Below, one piece after another: positions 52,090 through 64,000 of a DNA stretch of 64,000 nt. Position numbers and translations under genes: made by a program. Origin of the DNA: Octopus sinensis. Taxonomy: Eukaryota. The stretch is from contig NC_043016.1 of NCBI RefSeq assembly GCF_006345805.1, positions 19,406,001-19,470,000 of the forward strand. Direction: 5' to 3'. The notes under the pieces are model-generated. The model had not been told where the DNA came from. It saw only the letters and a program-made list of their open reading frames with translations, and did no database searches. Position 1 is the stretch's first letter. Each line of letters begins with the position of its first letter.

Positions 52090-53597
52090 ATGATGACCTT
52101 GCTCTAATTGCTGAGTCACTAGCAGAACTAGAGGAGAAGTTTCAAGTGTGGAAACAAGGATTAGAATCGAAGGGCCTTAGAGTCAACCTAGCTAAAACCA
52201 AAGTCCTAATAAGTAGGAAGGCAGGCAAACCACAAATCCCTTCAGGTAGATGGCCCTGCTCGATCTGTAGGAAAGGTGTTGGTAGAAACTCTATTAGATG
52301 TACCCAGTGTAAACTATGGACACATAAGAGGTGCAGCAATATCAAAGGAAATCTAACTGGGAAGATAGTTTTTGTATGTGGCAGATGTTCAGGAGCAATA
52401 AACACTGAAAATGTGCAGAGAACAACTTCTGCCACATTCCAGGGAGAAAAACTAGAAGTAGTTGATAGCTTCCGTTACCTAGGTAACCAAGTCAGTAGTG
52501 GGGGAGGGTGCACTGAAAGTGTAGCTGCTAGAATAAGAATAGCCTGGGCAAAGTTCAGAGAGCTCTTACCTCTGCTGGTGACAAAGGGCCTCTCACTTAG
52601 AGTAAAAGGTAGACTGTATGATGTATGTGTACGAACAGCCATGCTACACGGCAGTGAAACATGGGCCATGACAGATGAGGATATGCATAAGCTCGCAAGG
52701 AATGAAGCCAGTATGCTCCGATGGATGTGTAATGTCAGTGTGCATAATCAACAGAGTGTTAGTACCTTGAGAGAAAAGTTGGTCCTAAGAATTATCAGAT
52801 GTGTGCAAGAGAGCCGACTGCGCTGGTATGGCCATGTAGTGAGAATGGATGAGGATAGCTGTGTGAAAAGTGCCACACCATAGTGGTTGAGGGAACCTGT
52901 GGAAGAGGTAGATTCAGGAAGACCTGGGATGAGGTGGTGAAGCATGACCTTCAAACATTTGACCTCACCAAGGCAATGACTAGTGACTGGTACCTTTGGA
53001 AATATGCTGTACTTGAGAAGACCCGGCAAGCTCAAGTGAGACCATAACTTTGTGGCCTATGCCAGGGGTGTAACCAGCCCACTTATGCGTACCTTTCCTT
53101 CATTGGACACTAAACTCTGCTTGCGAAGACCTGTTGAGGCAAGTGAAATCAAAATCAAATTCAATGACTGGCATCCATGCTAGTGGAGTGTTAAGAGTAC
53201 CATACGAGCGTGATCATTGCCAGTGCAACAAGCTGGCCTCCGTGCCTGTGGCACGTTAAAAACACCATTCGAGCGTGATCGTTATCTGCGTCGCCTTACT
53301 GGCACTTGTGCAGGTGGCATGTGAAAAAAACATTCAAGCAAGGTTGTTGCCAGTGCATAAAAAGCACCATTTGAGCGTGGCTGTTGCCAGCACCACCTGA
53401 CAGGCCTTCGTGCCAGTGGCATGTAAAAGCACCCACTACACTCTCGGAGTGGTTGGTGTTAGGAAGGACATCTAGCCGTAGAAACTCTACCAGATCAGAT
53501 TGGAGCCTGGTGCAGCCATCTGGTTCACCAGACCTCAGTCAAACCATCCAACCCATGCCAGCATGGAATGCAAACGTTAAACGATGATGATGATGAT
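52090..53597 (+). mobile_element. RTE-type LINE 3' portion (open RT C-terminus plus 3' UTR)
   Basis: DDLALIAES...GLRVNLAKTK...CSICRKGVG...CTQC..W.HKRC...CGRC...VDSFRYLG...RIAWAKFREL...RLRWYGHVVR; tail (GAT)n; 5' end truncated at (TA)n. Confidence 0.93.
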
Positions 53598-53598
53598 A

Positions 53599-53632
<34 letters not shown>

Positions 53633-54200
53633 ATGTAGTATATATAATATATATATATATATATATAATGTAGTATATATAATATATATATATATATATA
53701 ATATACATATAAATATAAACATATATTTATATTTATATTCTCTTATACATACTGTACTTATTGTACCATATTACTCCTTCATGTACACTGTTTTGTTCTA
53801 TATTAATATGTTTGACCTTAATGTTTTTATGTAGTGGTTTAATAAATTATGTGATTGGGTATTATCTGGTAGTTGATAATTGATTTAGATGTATTTCTCC
53901 ATTTTCTTATTTTGTATTATTCATTTGTGGTAAAACATCTTACCTTTGCCCATATAATACAGTAAATGAATTAATTGCATCGCAATTCTTAACATTTATG
54001 TATTAACTTTGTTGGGTACTTCACTAGCAGTATATTGGATATATATTATCCCATGGAGGGTTGCATTTACAACCCCTATCTCAATTTGTATATATATATA
54101 TATATTATATATAATAATTATTATTTGAGGGAATAAAATCCAAACTTACAAGGAAAAAAATTCAATTTAGAAATACTAATCAAATTTTACACAATATAAT

Positions 54201-54555
54201 ATATATATTAAAAAATTAGAAAAAAAAACCCCACCTTTTATCAATTCAAAATGAACAATTAAATCACACCATCTAGAAAATTACATATAATAGAAATATT
54301 AAAATTAGAATAACAATAAAATGTCAATGATTAAGTAAATTGCAAAAAAAATAATAATAAAAACATATATAATTTGTACAAATTATATACGTTTTTATTA
54401 TTATTATTATTTTTTTGCAATTTACTTAATCATTGACATTTTATTGTTATTCTAATTTTAATATTTTTATTATATGTAATTTTCTAGATGGTGTGATTTA
54501 ATTGTTCATTTTGAATTGAAAAAACGTGGGTTTTTTTTCTAATTTTTATATATAT
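54201..54555. repeat. Spacerless ~350-bp AT-rich palindrome
   Basis: Centre TATAATTTGT|ACAAATTATA between 54377 and 54378; arms match nearly perfectly out to the flanking (TA)n. Confidence 0.9.
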
Positions 54556-55009
54556 ATATATATAAGGCAGTCAACACAACCCCACCATTTATTGATTTAT
54601 ATATATACTATTTATATATTTACATATGTGCATGCAAATAAATGTTTAATTGTGTTGTACATATGAGAGAGGAGTGTTTCGTACATATTGTAGCATACAT
54701 GGCTTTTATCTCACAACTCATACTACTGCATTCTTCTGGTCAGAACTGGTCTCATCCGAAAGTGACATAGGTGCCAAACTTTAGGCACAAGATAAAAATT
54801 CATTTTCTATGCGTTATTTATTTAAATTACACACACATGCACAATATTTTTGTCTTTATTTAAATAACTTTGTAATTGATATTTTTGTTTTTTAAATTTT
54901 ATTAATTATTTAATTAACTTTAAATTATTTTATGATGTCATCTTCTCATTTAAGCATAATAACATGAAAATAATTGCTTTTTTTTCCCCAGAAATATATT
55001 TAATCTGAC

Positions 55010-55101
55010 ATGGGGAATCAACTGACAGGAATTGCACCTTCACAGATCTTACCTGTTGAACAATATTTAGCAGACATTCCAGATTATGAATTTGAAATAA
55101 G
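55010..55101 (+). CDS. PIK3R4: PI3K regulatory subunit 4 (Vps15), coding exon 1
   Basis: ATG at 55010 gives [30 protein letters not shown], the conserved Vps15 N-terminus with a Gly2 myristoylation motif. Acceptor ttttcccCAG ends at 54991; donor AG|gtcag at 55102 (phase 2). Confidence 0.95.
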
Positions 55102-56686
55102 GTCAGCTGCTTTTTATTTTACATTCTTTGGATAAAGCCTTAGGGCCCATAATGTTCTGGTGTTGAGGCCAGCTGCCAATATCTGTATGTATATACAAAT
55201 GTACAAAGTAATGTATTTTTCTTCCACTGGTTTACACTGGTTCACTGAACTACAAGGCATTTGCTTCTGTGAGAAATGTAATGAATGTCTGTCATTAGCA
55301 CAGGCCATCACTATATGTATTTATATGTATATTTATATATATTATATCACTATATATATAGTGATATATATAGATTTCGCCGGGCGAAATGCATAGCCGT
55401 ATTTCATATGCCGTTACATTCTGAGTTCAAATTCCGCCGAGGTCAACTTTGCCTTTCATCCTTTCGGAGTCGATAAATTAAGTACTAGTTACGCACTGAG
55501 GTCGATGTAATCGACTTAATCCATTTGTCTGTCCTTGTTTGTCCCCTCTGTGTTTAGCCCCTTGTGGGTAGTAAAAGAAATATATATGTATTTATATATA
55601 TATGCTAGGATTTCTTATATTTACTCAGAAATATTTAAAATTAAGTGCAAACCATGTATCTCCTCTACAGCAAGACAATTGTTTATCTTTGTCTTGCAAG
55701 TTACTTGGTGACCCTGCTATTGCTGGGTGTCACAATAGAACATCCAGTCCACACTGTAAAGTGGTTGGCATTTGGAAGGCTATCCAGATGTAAAAGCCAT
55801 GCCAAAACTGAGTTCGCTAGTGTTGGTGTCATGTAAAAAGCACTCAGTCCGCTCTGCAGAGTGGTTGGTGTTAGGAAGGGCATCCAGCATGAAAAACATT
55901 CCAAAAAAGACACAACAAAACATGGTGCAGTCTTCTGCCTAGCCAGCTTCCGCCAAACCATCCAACCCATGCCAGTATGGAAAGTGGACATTAAATGATG
56001 ATGATGATATATGTGTGTGGGTGTGTATCACACTTAATTTAATGTATTTCCTAATGAATTATCTTATGAATATAAATAATTATGGCTATAAAAACATTAT
56101 ATCTTCAATTTCTTTGTGAGTGCTGGTGCCACTTAATAATAAGCAGTGGTGATGGTGCCATGTAAAAAAAAGCACCTTGCATGCTCTCTAAAGTGATTGG
56201 TGTTAGGAAAGGCATCCAGCTGTAAAATCCAAGCCAAAACAGACTATAGAACCTAGTGTGTGGCAAGCTGGCAGGAATGTTAGCACACTGGGTGAAATGC
56301 TTAGCGGTATTTTGTCTGCTGTTACATTCTGAGTTCAAATTCTGCCGAGGTCGACTTTGCCTCTCATCCTTTTAAGGTCGATAATTAAGTACTGGGGTCG
56401 ATGTAATTGACTTAATCCCTTTGTCTGTCCTTGTTTGTCCTCTCTGTGTTTAGCCCCTTGTGGGTAGTAAAGAAATAAGAACCTGGTGTGGCTCCCTGGC
56501 CTTGCTAGTTCTTGTCAAGCCATCCAACCCATGCCAGTGTAGAAAACAGGTATTAAATGTTGATGATGATGATGATGATGAGTTAGGTTTACATGCAAAA
56601 ACTGGACCAGAATAATATTATAGATGTTCTTTGTTTTTTTTGTCACTAAAGAGTACTAAACAAGCCAACATAAAACATATTAGAAT

Positions 56687-56718
<32 letters not shown>

Positions 56719-56747
56719 ATGTATGTATGTATGTATGTATATATCCA

Positions 56748-57020
56748 AATAAGCAACAAGTATATCCAAGGTAGAGTAGTACAATTGTTTCATGCTACTT
56801 CATTTTATTAAACACTTTAAGTATTACATCAGTTTTAAAATGTCGAGCAATCTTCAGCCACTTATAGAATTTTCCAATTAAACGGACATGCACATTCTTA
56901 TCCTTATTGGCTGAAGATTGCTCAACATTTTAAAACTGATGTAATACTTACAGTGTTTAATAAAATGAAGTAGCATGAAACAATTGTACTACTCTACCTT
57001 GGATATACTTGTTGCTTATT
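56748..57020. repeat. ~113-bp inverted repeat with an intact-core hammerhead in both arms
   Basis: + copy TGG CTGAAGA T TGCT...AGCA T GAAAC AATT GTA^CTA (56908-56991); minus copy at 56777-56860. Confidence 0.8.
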
Positions 57021-57958
57021 TTGATTATAATCACCCCATTTGATTTATATGGATAATACCATACAAAATTCAGGTGCCTTTAACTTAAGTACCATATTCA
57101 TCTAAATCTAAATTTTGCTGAACTGATATATATATATGTATTTATATATATAAACCTACTAGAGTGTTTTATATCATATGACAGGTAACTTTGTGAGTAT
57201 CCTTTTGCCACCATAGATAATGTCACAAAATTTGCTATACATATAATAATTATAATTTAACTTTTATCAAGTTTCTCAGCACTTCTATATACTACATTAA
57301 CGTAGAAAATGATATATATATATATACTAATATTCAAAGAAAAATAATTATTACCTTAAAATACAATTAGGATAAGATAAAGAGATAAAGTTCCTGATTT
57401 ATATAGGACTCATAAGGGCCAGTTTCCCAAGTTTCCGTGACATATAAATTTCCCACCGAGACAGGATGCTGGTCTGCTGCAGGAAAACTCATTTTTATAA
57501 GCTGAGTGGACTGAAGAAATGTGAAATGAAGTATTTTGCTCAAGAACACAAAGCATCACCCAGTCCAGGAATTGAAACTACTTTCTTATAATCATGAGTC
57601 CAACACCCTAACCATGAAGCCGCCACTAAAATAGAATTTAATAAGACAAATTTCTCATTTGTATAACTCATCTCATAACTACACTTTTAATCACTTCCTC
57701 TTCTCTTTCTCTACCTCTGACTCTTTCTCCATTCAACACCACTTAGGTTAAATCTCTCTCTCACTCTTCCTCTTTTTCTATGTGATGTAAAGCATTTACA
57801 TAAGCTGTTATTGTGTAGAGATACCACCTAACAACCTTTAAGGGTAACATATGAAGCTTTTGGTTTCATAATTGTTGTTGTTTTTGTTGTTTGTCCCCTA
57901 GACGGACCCTGATTGAGCAACATATTTAATCAGTTTGATCTTTTAATTTTCATTTCAG

Positions 57959-58083
57959 CTTGGGTAGCACACGCTTCTTCAAAGTAGCCCGAGCACGATG
58001 CAAAGAGGGCCAAGTTGTGGTCAAGGTGTTTGTCATACATGATCCTTCTCTCCCATTGGCCACACACCGAAATCGATTAGAAG
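57959..58083 (+). CDS. PIK3R4: Vps15 coding exon 2 (kinase N-lobe)
   Basis: tttcag|C completes Ser (ag+c), then [42 protein letters not shown]|gtaag. Confidence 0.97.
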
Positions 58084-59789
58084 GTAAGCTCTCATTCCTC
58101 CTTTTATTTATAGTTATGCGTATTTTGATTTTTAAAATCCTAATTGTTACTTGAGTTAAATCGAAATTGTTACTTTTATTCAATGGTTGTGAGGTTAAAA
58201 AAGCTAGATTACTGACCAGATAGTTATAAGTTGTGCACCATTAGTATTTATCACAAGCACCGTGTTTTGTACCTCTAGCCAAACAAAAATAGACTCCACT
58301 TCCTATTTCACAGTCGAGTATTTTACTGTAGGATGCACTTCCCAGTTAAAACTATTCTTATAGCAAATAAACCATCTTTGTACACTCAGAAAAATTGGAT
58401 ATGAGACAGTTCTCTCCATCAATCCATTTTCTCCACTTACTAGTCCTGGGTTGTTCGCGTGAGTAGAGTCCTCAGAGACTTCCTACATAGAGTCCTATCA
58501 GAAGCATCTTCCCTGATGTTATCCAAAAATCTTGTCCTTGATCTACCAGTTGACAAGTGAGAAATATTAACTATCTTTTTATTATTGACAGTTGTATCAA
58601 GGCGGCAAGCTGGCAGAATAATGCTAAGCGACATTTCACCCATCTTTACATTCTGAGGTCAACTTTGCCTTTCACCCTTTCAGGATCAATGCAATAAATA
58701 CCAGTTGTGCACTGGGGTCAGTGTAATCAACTATTTCCCTCCCCATAAATTTCAAGCTTTGTGCCTATACCAGAAAGGATTATGACTGTTTTCAATAAAT
58801 ATTCCAATATTTTGTATATTGTATTTTTAAAAATACTAATGTTATCTAATAAAATATTTATCTTGACTGTTTTGGATTCATGTTTATAAAGTGTCTAATT
58901 GTTAATCCTTTAGCAACCAGATTATTCTGTCAAATGTAATACTTATTTATTTACATTATTTTGAATTAATCATATATTATCTCATAACTTTCAATGATAG
59001 GATTATTTTTAGACTGACTTTGTCGGGTAGATGTGAGAGGCCAGTTTGAACATAAAACACATAGAATATAGAGAGAATGCCCTCCATCAGCATTTGCCAT
59101 ATTCTGAACACCTTACTTCCTTGGGCCTGGACACATTGAAACTCCGACGTCTGGCAGCTGACTTGGCAGACACGCATAAAATTATTAGCCATCTTACAAA
59201 CAATAACTGAGCACCTTTTCAAACTCCACCTGTCTAGCACCTGTGGACATTTTTTCACGCTAAGAGTTGCTGAAGCATGGAACAAACTGCCGACATCAGT
59301 TGCATCCTTCAAAACTTCCATGCTTCCTGAGATTCGCCAACACTACACCTGATTTTCCCCACTCCATACACATGCAAGCATGTATCTGACTCATACACTG
59401 TTCACTTCCCAGACATTTGTACATTACTGCATATACTTTATAACACTTTTTGACAAGTTGTGGTGCACCTGAGCACTATACAATAATTTCATTATTATTA
59501 TTTATTTGGGATGGATATAGCCTGTCTGAATGCTAAAAAGTTAATGTTTATAATTGAACATCTTGGCCATTTTGTTTTATTATATGCTACAGATATTAGT
59601 ATTCTTTTATATCTCCAAAATTTAACATAAAGCAGGGAAACTTTGTTAAATGCTGACTATGCAAAATATACAAGAAATAATTTTTTCAAAGCCTAGTGCT
59701 ATGAAATATCAAAGGCCTCATGCTAATATATATTTCTCAGAAATATTGCTAATAAATATATTGTGATGTTTTTTTTTCGTTTTTCTCAG

Positions 59790-59845
59790 AAATTAAAGGA
59801 CAGTTAAGTGGTGCTTCAAACTGTCTTCCATTCCAGAAATTTATT
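59790..59845 (+). CDS. PIK3R4: Vps15 coding exon 3
   Basis: ttttctcag|AA completes Glu, then IKGQLSGASNCLPFQKFI|gtaag; matches the conserved NCLPFQK motif. Confidence 0.93.
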
Positions 59846-60613
59846 GTAAGTTACTTACTTTCTTTTGTTTGTTTTCTTTACCTTTTATTTGTATATGTAG
59901 ATAGATAGATAGCTTGATAGATACGCACACATGGCATTGGTTGTGTGGATTTTAAAGAAATCTTCACATATTGGTGATGATGAAATTTTTTAAAAATCAT
60001 CATCGTCATCATTATCATCCTTTTAACATTTACTGTTCCATACTTGTACAGATCAGATGGGATTCGTTGAGACAAATTTTCTACAACTGAATGTCCTTCT
60101 TGTCTTTAACACTCCCTTGTTTCCAGTTCATCCACTAGGCTTTTGCTCGGCAACTGTCAGAAGGCTTGAGTCAGTACAAGAATGTGGTAAAGATACCTGC
60201 CCAACATACCACATGACACAAGATCAAACCCTAGACCCCATGGTTGTGAAGTAAACTTATTATCTACTCCACTATGCTTACATTCATTATATCTTACAAT
60301 TGAGTGGTGGCTATCAGAAGCAGAAGAACACCATACAAAATATCTAATGTTTACAGGTGTACTTATTTACAATCTTAATTAAAATTTCATTGGGTACACT
60401 TTGTCATTTAAGACCAACAAAATACTGGTCTAATATTGGAGTTGCACTTAATTAATGAATTCTATCTTTTATAATGATGCCAATATTAAGGGCAGTGGAA
60501 TCAACAATGTATAGCATCAGGCTAAATTCTTTCAATACACTTTCATTTTCTCAAAATTCTTGGTTATTTTTTTAACCTTTGTGGCTAAGAGTATTAAATT
60601 TCTTAAGACAGTT

Positions 60614-60666
<53 letters not shown>

Positions 60667-60713
60667 AAAAATAATATGTGACAATTACTCGGTAACCAAG
60701 ATAAAACTCTTCA

Positions 60714-60774
60714 GATAACTGAAGAGATGGTGGTGTGGATTTCCACCTCAGCATCCGAAACTCAGAGTTTTATC
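60714..60774 (+). ncRNA. Type-I hammerhead inside a 47-bp inverted repeat
   Basis: GATAA CTGAAGA GATGGTG..GTGGA TT TCCAC..CAGCATC C GAAAC TCAGA GTT^TTATC; IR arms 60664-60710 and 60764-60810. Confidence 0.7.
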
Positions 60775-60945
60775 TTGGCTACCAAGTAATTGTCACATAT
60801 TATTTTTACAGATAAATTCCTCTACTTACATAATATTGAGATCTCTTTCTTTCTTTTGTTATCTTACCGTTTTTACCAATATATATATATATATAATCAG
60901 AAAAGAGATAACGAAGTAATAAATGATTATCATATGAACTTTGTT

Positions 60946-61026
60946 AGCTTACAGCTGTTTCTGCTATAAGACACAGTGATCTCATAGTTGAGTGCCTGGA
61001 TAACACCTTATACCTTCATCAGAGCC
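60946..61026 (-). ncRNA. Type-I hammerhead
   Basis: GGCT CTGATGA A GGTATAAG...CTTATAGCA GAAAC AGCT GTA^AGCT; palindromic stem III ACAGCTGT; base of stem II imperfect. Confidence 0.62.
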
Positions 61027-61663
61027 TCAAATATGAAGTGCAATTTATTTGGGAAATAATTATATATATATATGTATATGAAACTCACTGTTGATTCACC
61101 AGTAGTGATAAATTACAGGACGCAATACAAATGTAGAGTATTTTTTTATACATTCTAACTGAAAGACTCCCATTTCCAGAACTCAGAGTCATTCATTTCT
61201 GAACGTTAGCTGGTAAACCAAGCCTAGTTTACTTTTGAAATCCCACTGTTTGATTATTTTTTGAAAATATGAAATGAAAGTTTGAAAGGAAATGCTTATC
61301 CTCAACATTACCTTCAAGCTTTCATTTCATACCAGCTGATGTTCAGAAATAAACGACCCTGAGTTTTGGAAATTGGAGCCTTTCAGTTATAAATTATTAA
61401 AGTATATATATATGTGTACGTATATATATATATATATATATATATATTACTCTTTTTACTCTTTACTGTTTTACTTGTTTCAGACATTTGACTGCGGCCA
61501 TGCTGGAGCACCGCCTTTAGTCGAGCAAATCGACCCCTGGGACTTATTCTTTGTAAGCCCAATACTTATTCTATCGGTCTCTTTTGCCGAACCGCTAAGT
61601 GACGGGGACGTAAACACACCAGCATTGGTTGTCAAGCAATGCTAGGGGGACAAACAAAGACAC

Positions 61664-61704
<41 letters not shown>

Positions 61705-62216
61705 CGACAGGCTTCTTTCAGCTTCCGTCTACCAAATCCACTCACAAGGCATTGGTCGGCCCGGGGCTATAGCAGAAGACACTTGCTCAAGATGCCACGC
61801 AGTGGGACTGAACCCGGAACCATGTGGTTGGTTAGCAAGCTACTTACCACACAGCCACTCCTGCGCCTATATATATATATACAAAGATGTAAAAGTCAAC
61901 CATGCCAGTGACACGTAAATGGCACCCACTACACTCTGCAAAGTGGTTGGCACTAGGAAGGACATCCAGCCTTATAAACCAAGCCAAAGTTAGACTGGAT
62001 CCTGGTGCAGATCTCTGACTTACCAGTTCCAGTCAAACCGTCTAACCCATGCCATCATGGAAAGCGGATGCTAAATGATGATGATACTCACACACACATG
62101 CACACATACCTATGTTGATATAAGCTGAACAATTTAAACTGTTTTATTATTAATGCGTCATCATGTACTAAATATCTTTCTAACAGTCATAACATACATA
62201 CCATCTGTCTTTGCAG

Positions 62217-62366
62217 CAGTCAGATAAAGCAGCTCTTTTATTCCGCCAGTATACAAAAGATAGCTTATATGATCGGATAAGCACCAGGCCATTTCTCAAT
62301 GCAATTGAGAAAAAATGGATTGCTTTCCAACTTCTTTGTGCACTGAATCAGTGCCATAAATTAAAG
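62217..62366 (+). CDS. PIK3R4: Vps15 coding exon 4
   Basis: ttgcag|[50 protein letters not shown]|gtaag; 150 nt, phase 0/0. Confidence 0.97.
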
Positions 62367-63489
62367 GTAAGTTGTACTATTTACCCTTTTATATCAATAT
62401 TTGTACCCAAATACAATACCTATATCTCATAATTAATTTTGAAAATAGTCAATAATTTACAATGATTTTGTAAGAAAAAACAAAAACAAAAAAAAAACAC
62501 ACTTTCTTCATTAAGTTTGCATTTGGCATGTAACATAACAAATGGTTTTTCTTACAATTATAACAAAAGGTTTCCCTGAGACATGTATTACAGAAGCCTT
62601 TCCTGTCACCAACCTTCACTTATTTCCAAGTAAGGTAATTAATATTTCCCTCATGGTCAGACACATTCTCACAGAATATTGGAAATGAATGGCACTGCAT
62701 GTATGACAGTGACACTCATTTACAACTATCATGTGATGTCAAAGCAAGGAGACACAAAAACTCATACACACATACATACTCATATACATATATATGCAAC
62801 AAGCTTCTTTCAGTTTCCATTAGATCCACACACACAGCTTTAGTCAACTCAGTGTTATAGTAGATAATGCCACACAGTGGGACTGAACCCAGAACCATGT
62901 GGCTTGGAAACAAACTTCTTACAACACAGCCACACCAACGTTTATAATAATAATCATAAATCATCATCATCATCATCGTTTAACATCCGTTCTCCATGCT
63001 AGCATGGGTTGGACGGTTCGACTGGGGTCTGGGAAGCCAGGAGGCTGCACCAGGCCCAGTTTGATCTGGCAATGTTTCTACAGCTGGATGCCCTTCCTAA
63101 CACCAACCACTCCGTGAGTGTAGTGGGTGCTTTTTACGTGCCACCGACACGATGCCAGGCGAGGCTGGCAACGGCCACGGCCACGATCGGCTGGTACTTT
63201 TTATGTGCCACCGGCACGGAGGCCAGTCGGGGCGGCGCTGGCAACGGCCGCTTTCGGATGGTTCTTTTATGTGCCACCAGCACTGGTATCACAACAACAA
63301 TTTCTATTGATGTTTATGATAATTATTTTTAAGGTAATTACTAAATAAAATGTTTAATTAGATTAAAGCACATGTAAAAGGTTGCCGTAGGGCATCATTA
63401 AACTAGAGATTATTTTATCAACTCACAAATTTTCTAAGTTTTCTTGTTGATTGTTTTTTTTTATTTTCTTTGTAATTTGTTTCTTGAAG

Positions 63490-63591
63490 GTTTGTCATGG
63501 TGATATCAAATCTGAAAATGTAATGATCACGAGCTGGAATTGGCTTTTCCTTACAGACTTTGCAAGCTTCAAACCAACATATCTACCTGAA
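63490..63591 (+). CDS. PIK3R4: Vps15 coding exon 5 (catalytic loop)
   Basis: gaag|[34 protein letters not shown]|gtaag; HGDIK and DFA motifs typical of Vps15. The gene continues beyond the window. Confidence 0.97.
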
Positions 63592-64000
63592 GTAAGTTGA
63601 CTAATTTTCATCATTATTTCAGTTGACCAAAATTTACTATTTGTTGCCTTTCTTCATTTCCATTGGTCATTTCATCAGTACTATTGAGGTCTACCCCCTC
63701 CTCCCACCACATCACATCTTCGCATGTTCTTTGGTCTTCCATTTCTGTTGAAGGTTTTTATTATCAATATACAACACTTTTTCACTAATCAGTATCATGT
63801 CTATCAACTGTAGTTGTAGCAAAGAATCAATATATCATAAAATTACATTCAAAAATTTTTCTTTATAATAGGCGCAGGAGTGGGTGTGTGGTAAGTAGCT
63901 TGCTTACCAACCACATGGTTCTGGGTTCAGTCCCACTGCGTGGCACCTTGTGCAAGTGTCTTCTACTATAGCCTCGGACCGACCAAAGCCTTGTGTGTGG

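Noticed and set aside
54040-54080. Hairpin GAGGGTTG-CATTTA-CAACCCCT resembling a stem II
   Set aside because: Neither catalytic core is present.

Overview
Eukaryotic, AT-rich, repeat-saturated DNA. The SINE/LINE families look like those of an octopod cephalopod (inference from repeat types, not a database match). One clearly recognisable host gene is present: the first five coding exons of PIK3R4/Vps15 on the + strand (55010-63591, 175 codons, all splice phases consistent). The rest is mostly decayed mobile elements: three tRNA-derived SINE families, RTE, CR1 and L1/Tx1 LINE fragments, a full-length defective Tc1, mariner and hAT relics, Gypsy pieces, a Penelope GIY-YIG relic, MITEs, Helitron-like elements and microsatellites. 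Three things are not explained by that list. (1) About 14 hammerhead-ribozyme motifs folded by eye, mostly in short microsatellite-flanked, often inverted-duplicated elements typical of Penelope-like termini; these include a candidate non-circularly permuted (pseudoknotted) hammerhead at 24435-24506 and a G3:C8 compensatory-core variant at 46663-46709. (2) An intronless 72-aa, 40% Arg/Lys ORF (21891-22109, minus) directly downstream of three tandem CRE motifs, resembling a protamine/transition-protein-like gene. (3) Telomere-repeat-filled MITEs and a spacerless ~350-bp palindrome just upstream of the PIK3R4 ATG exon. All RNA folds and element boundaries were read manually and are untested.
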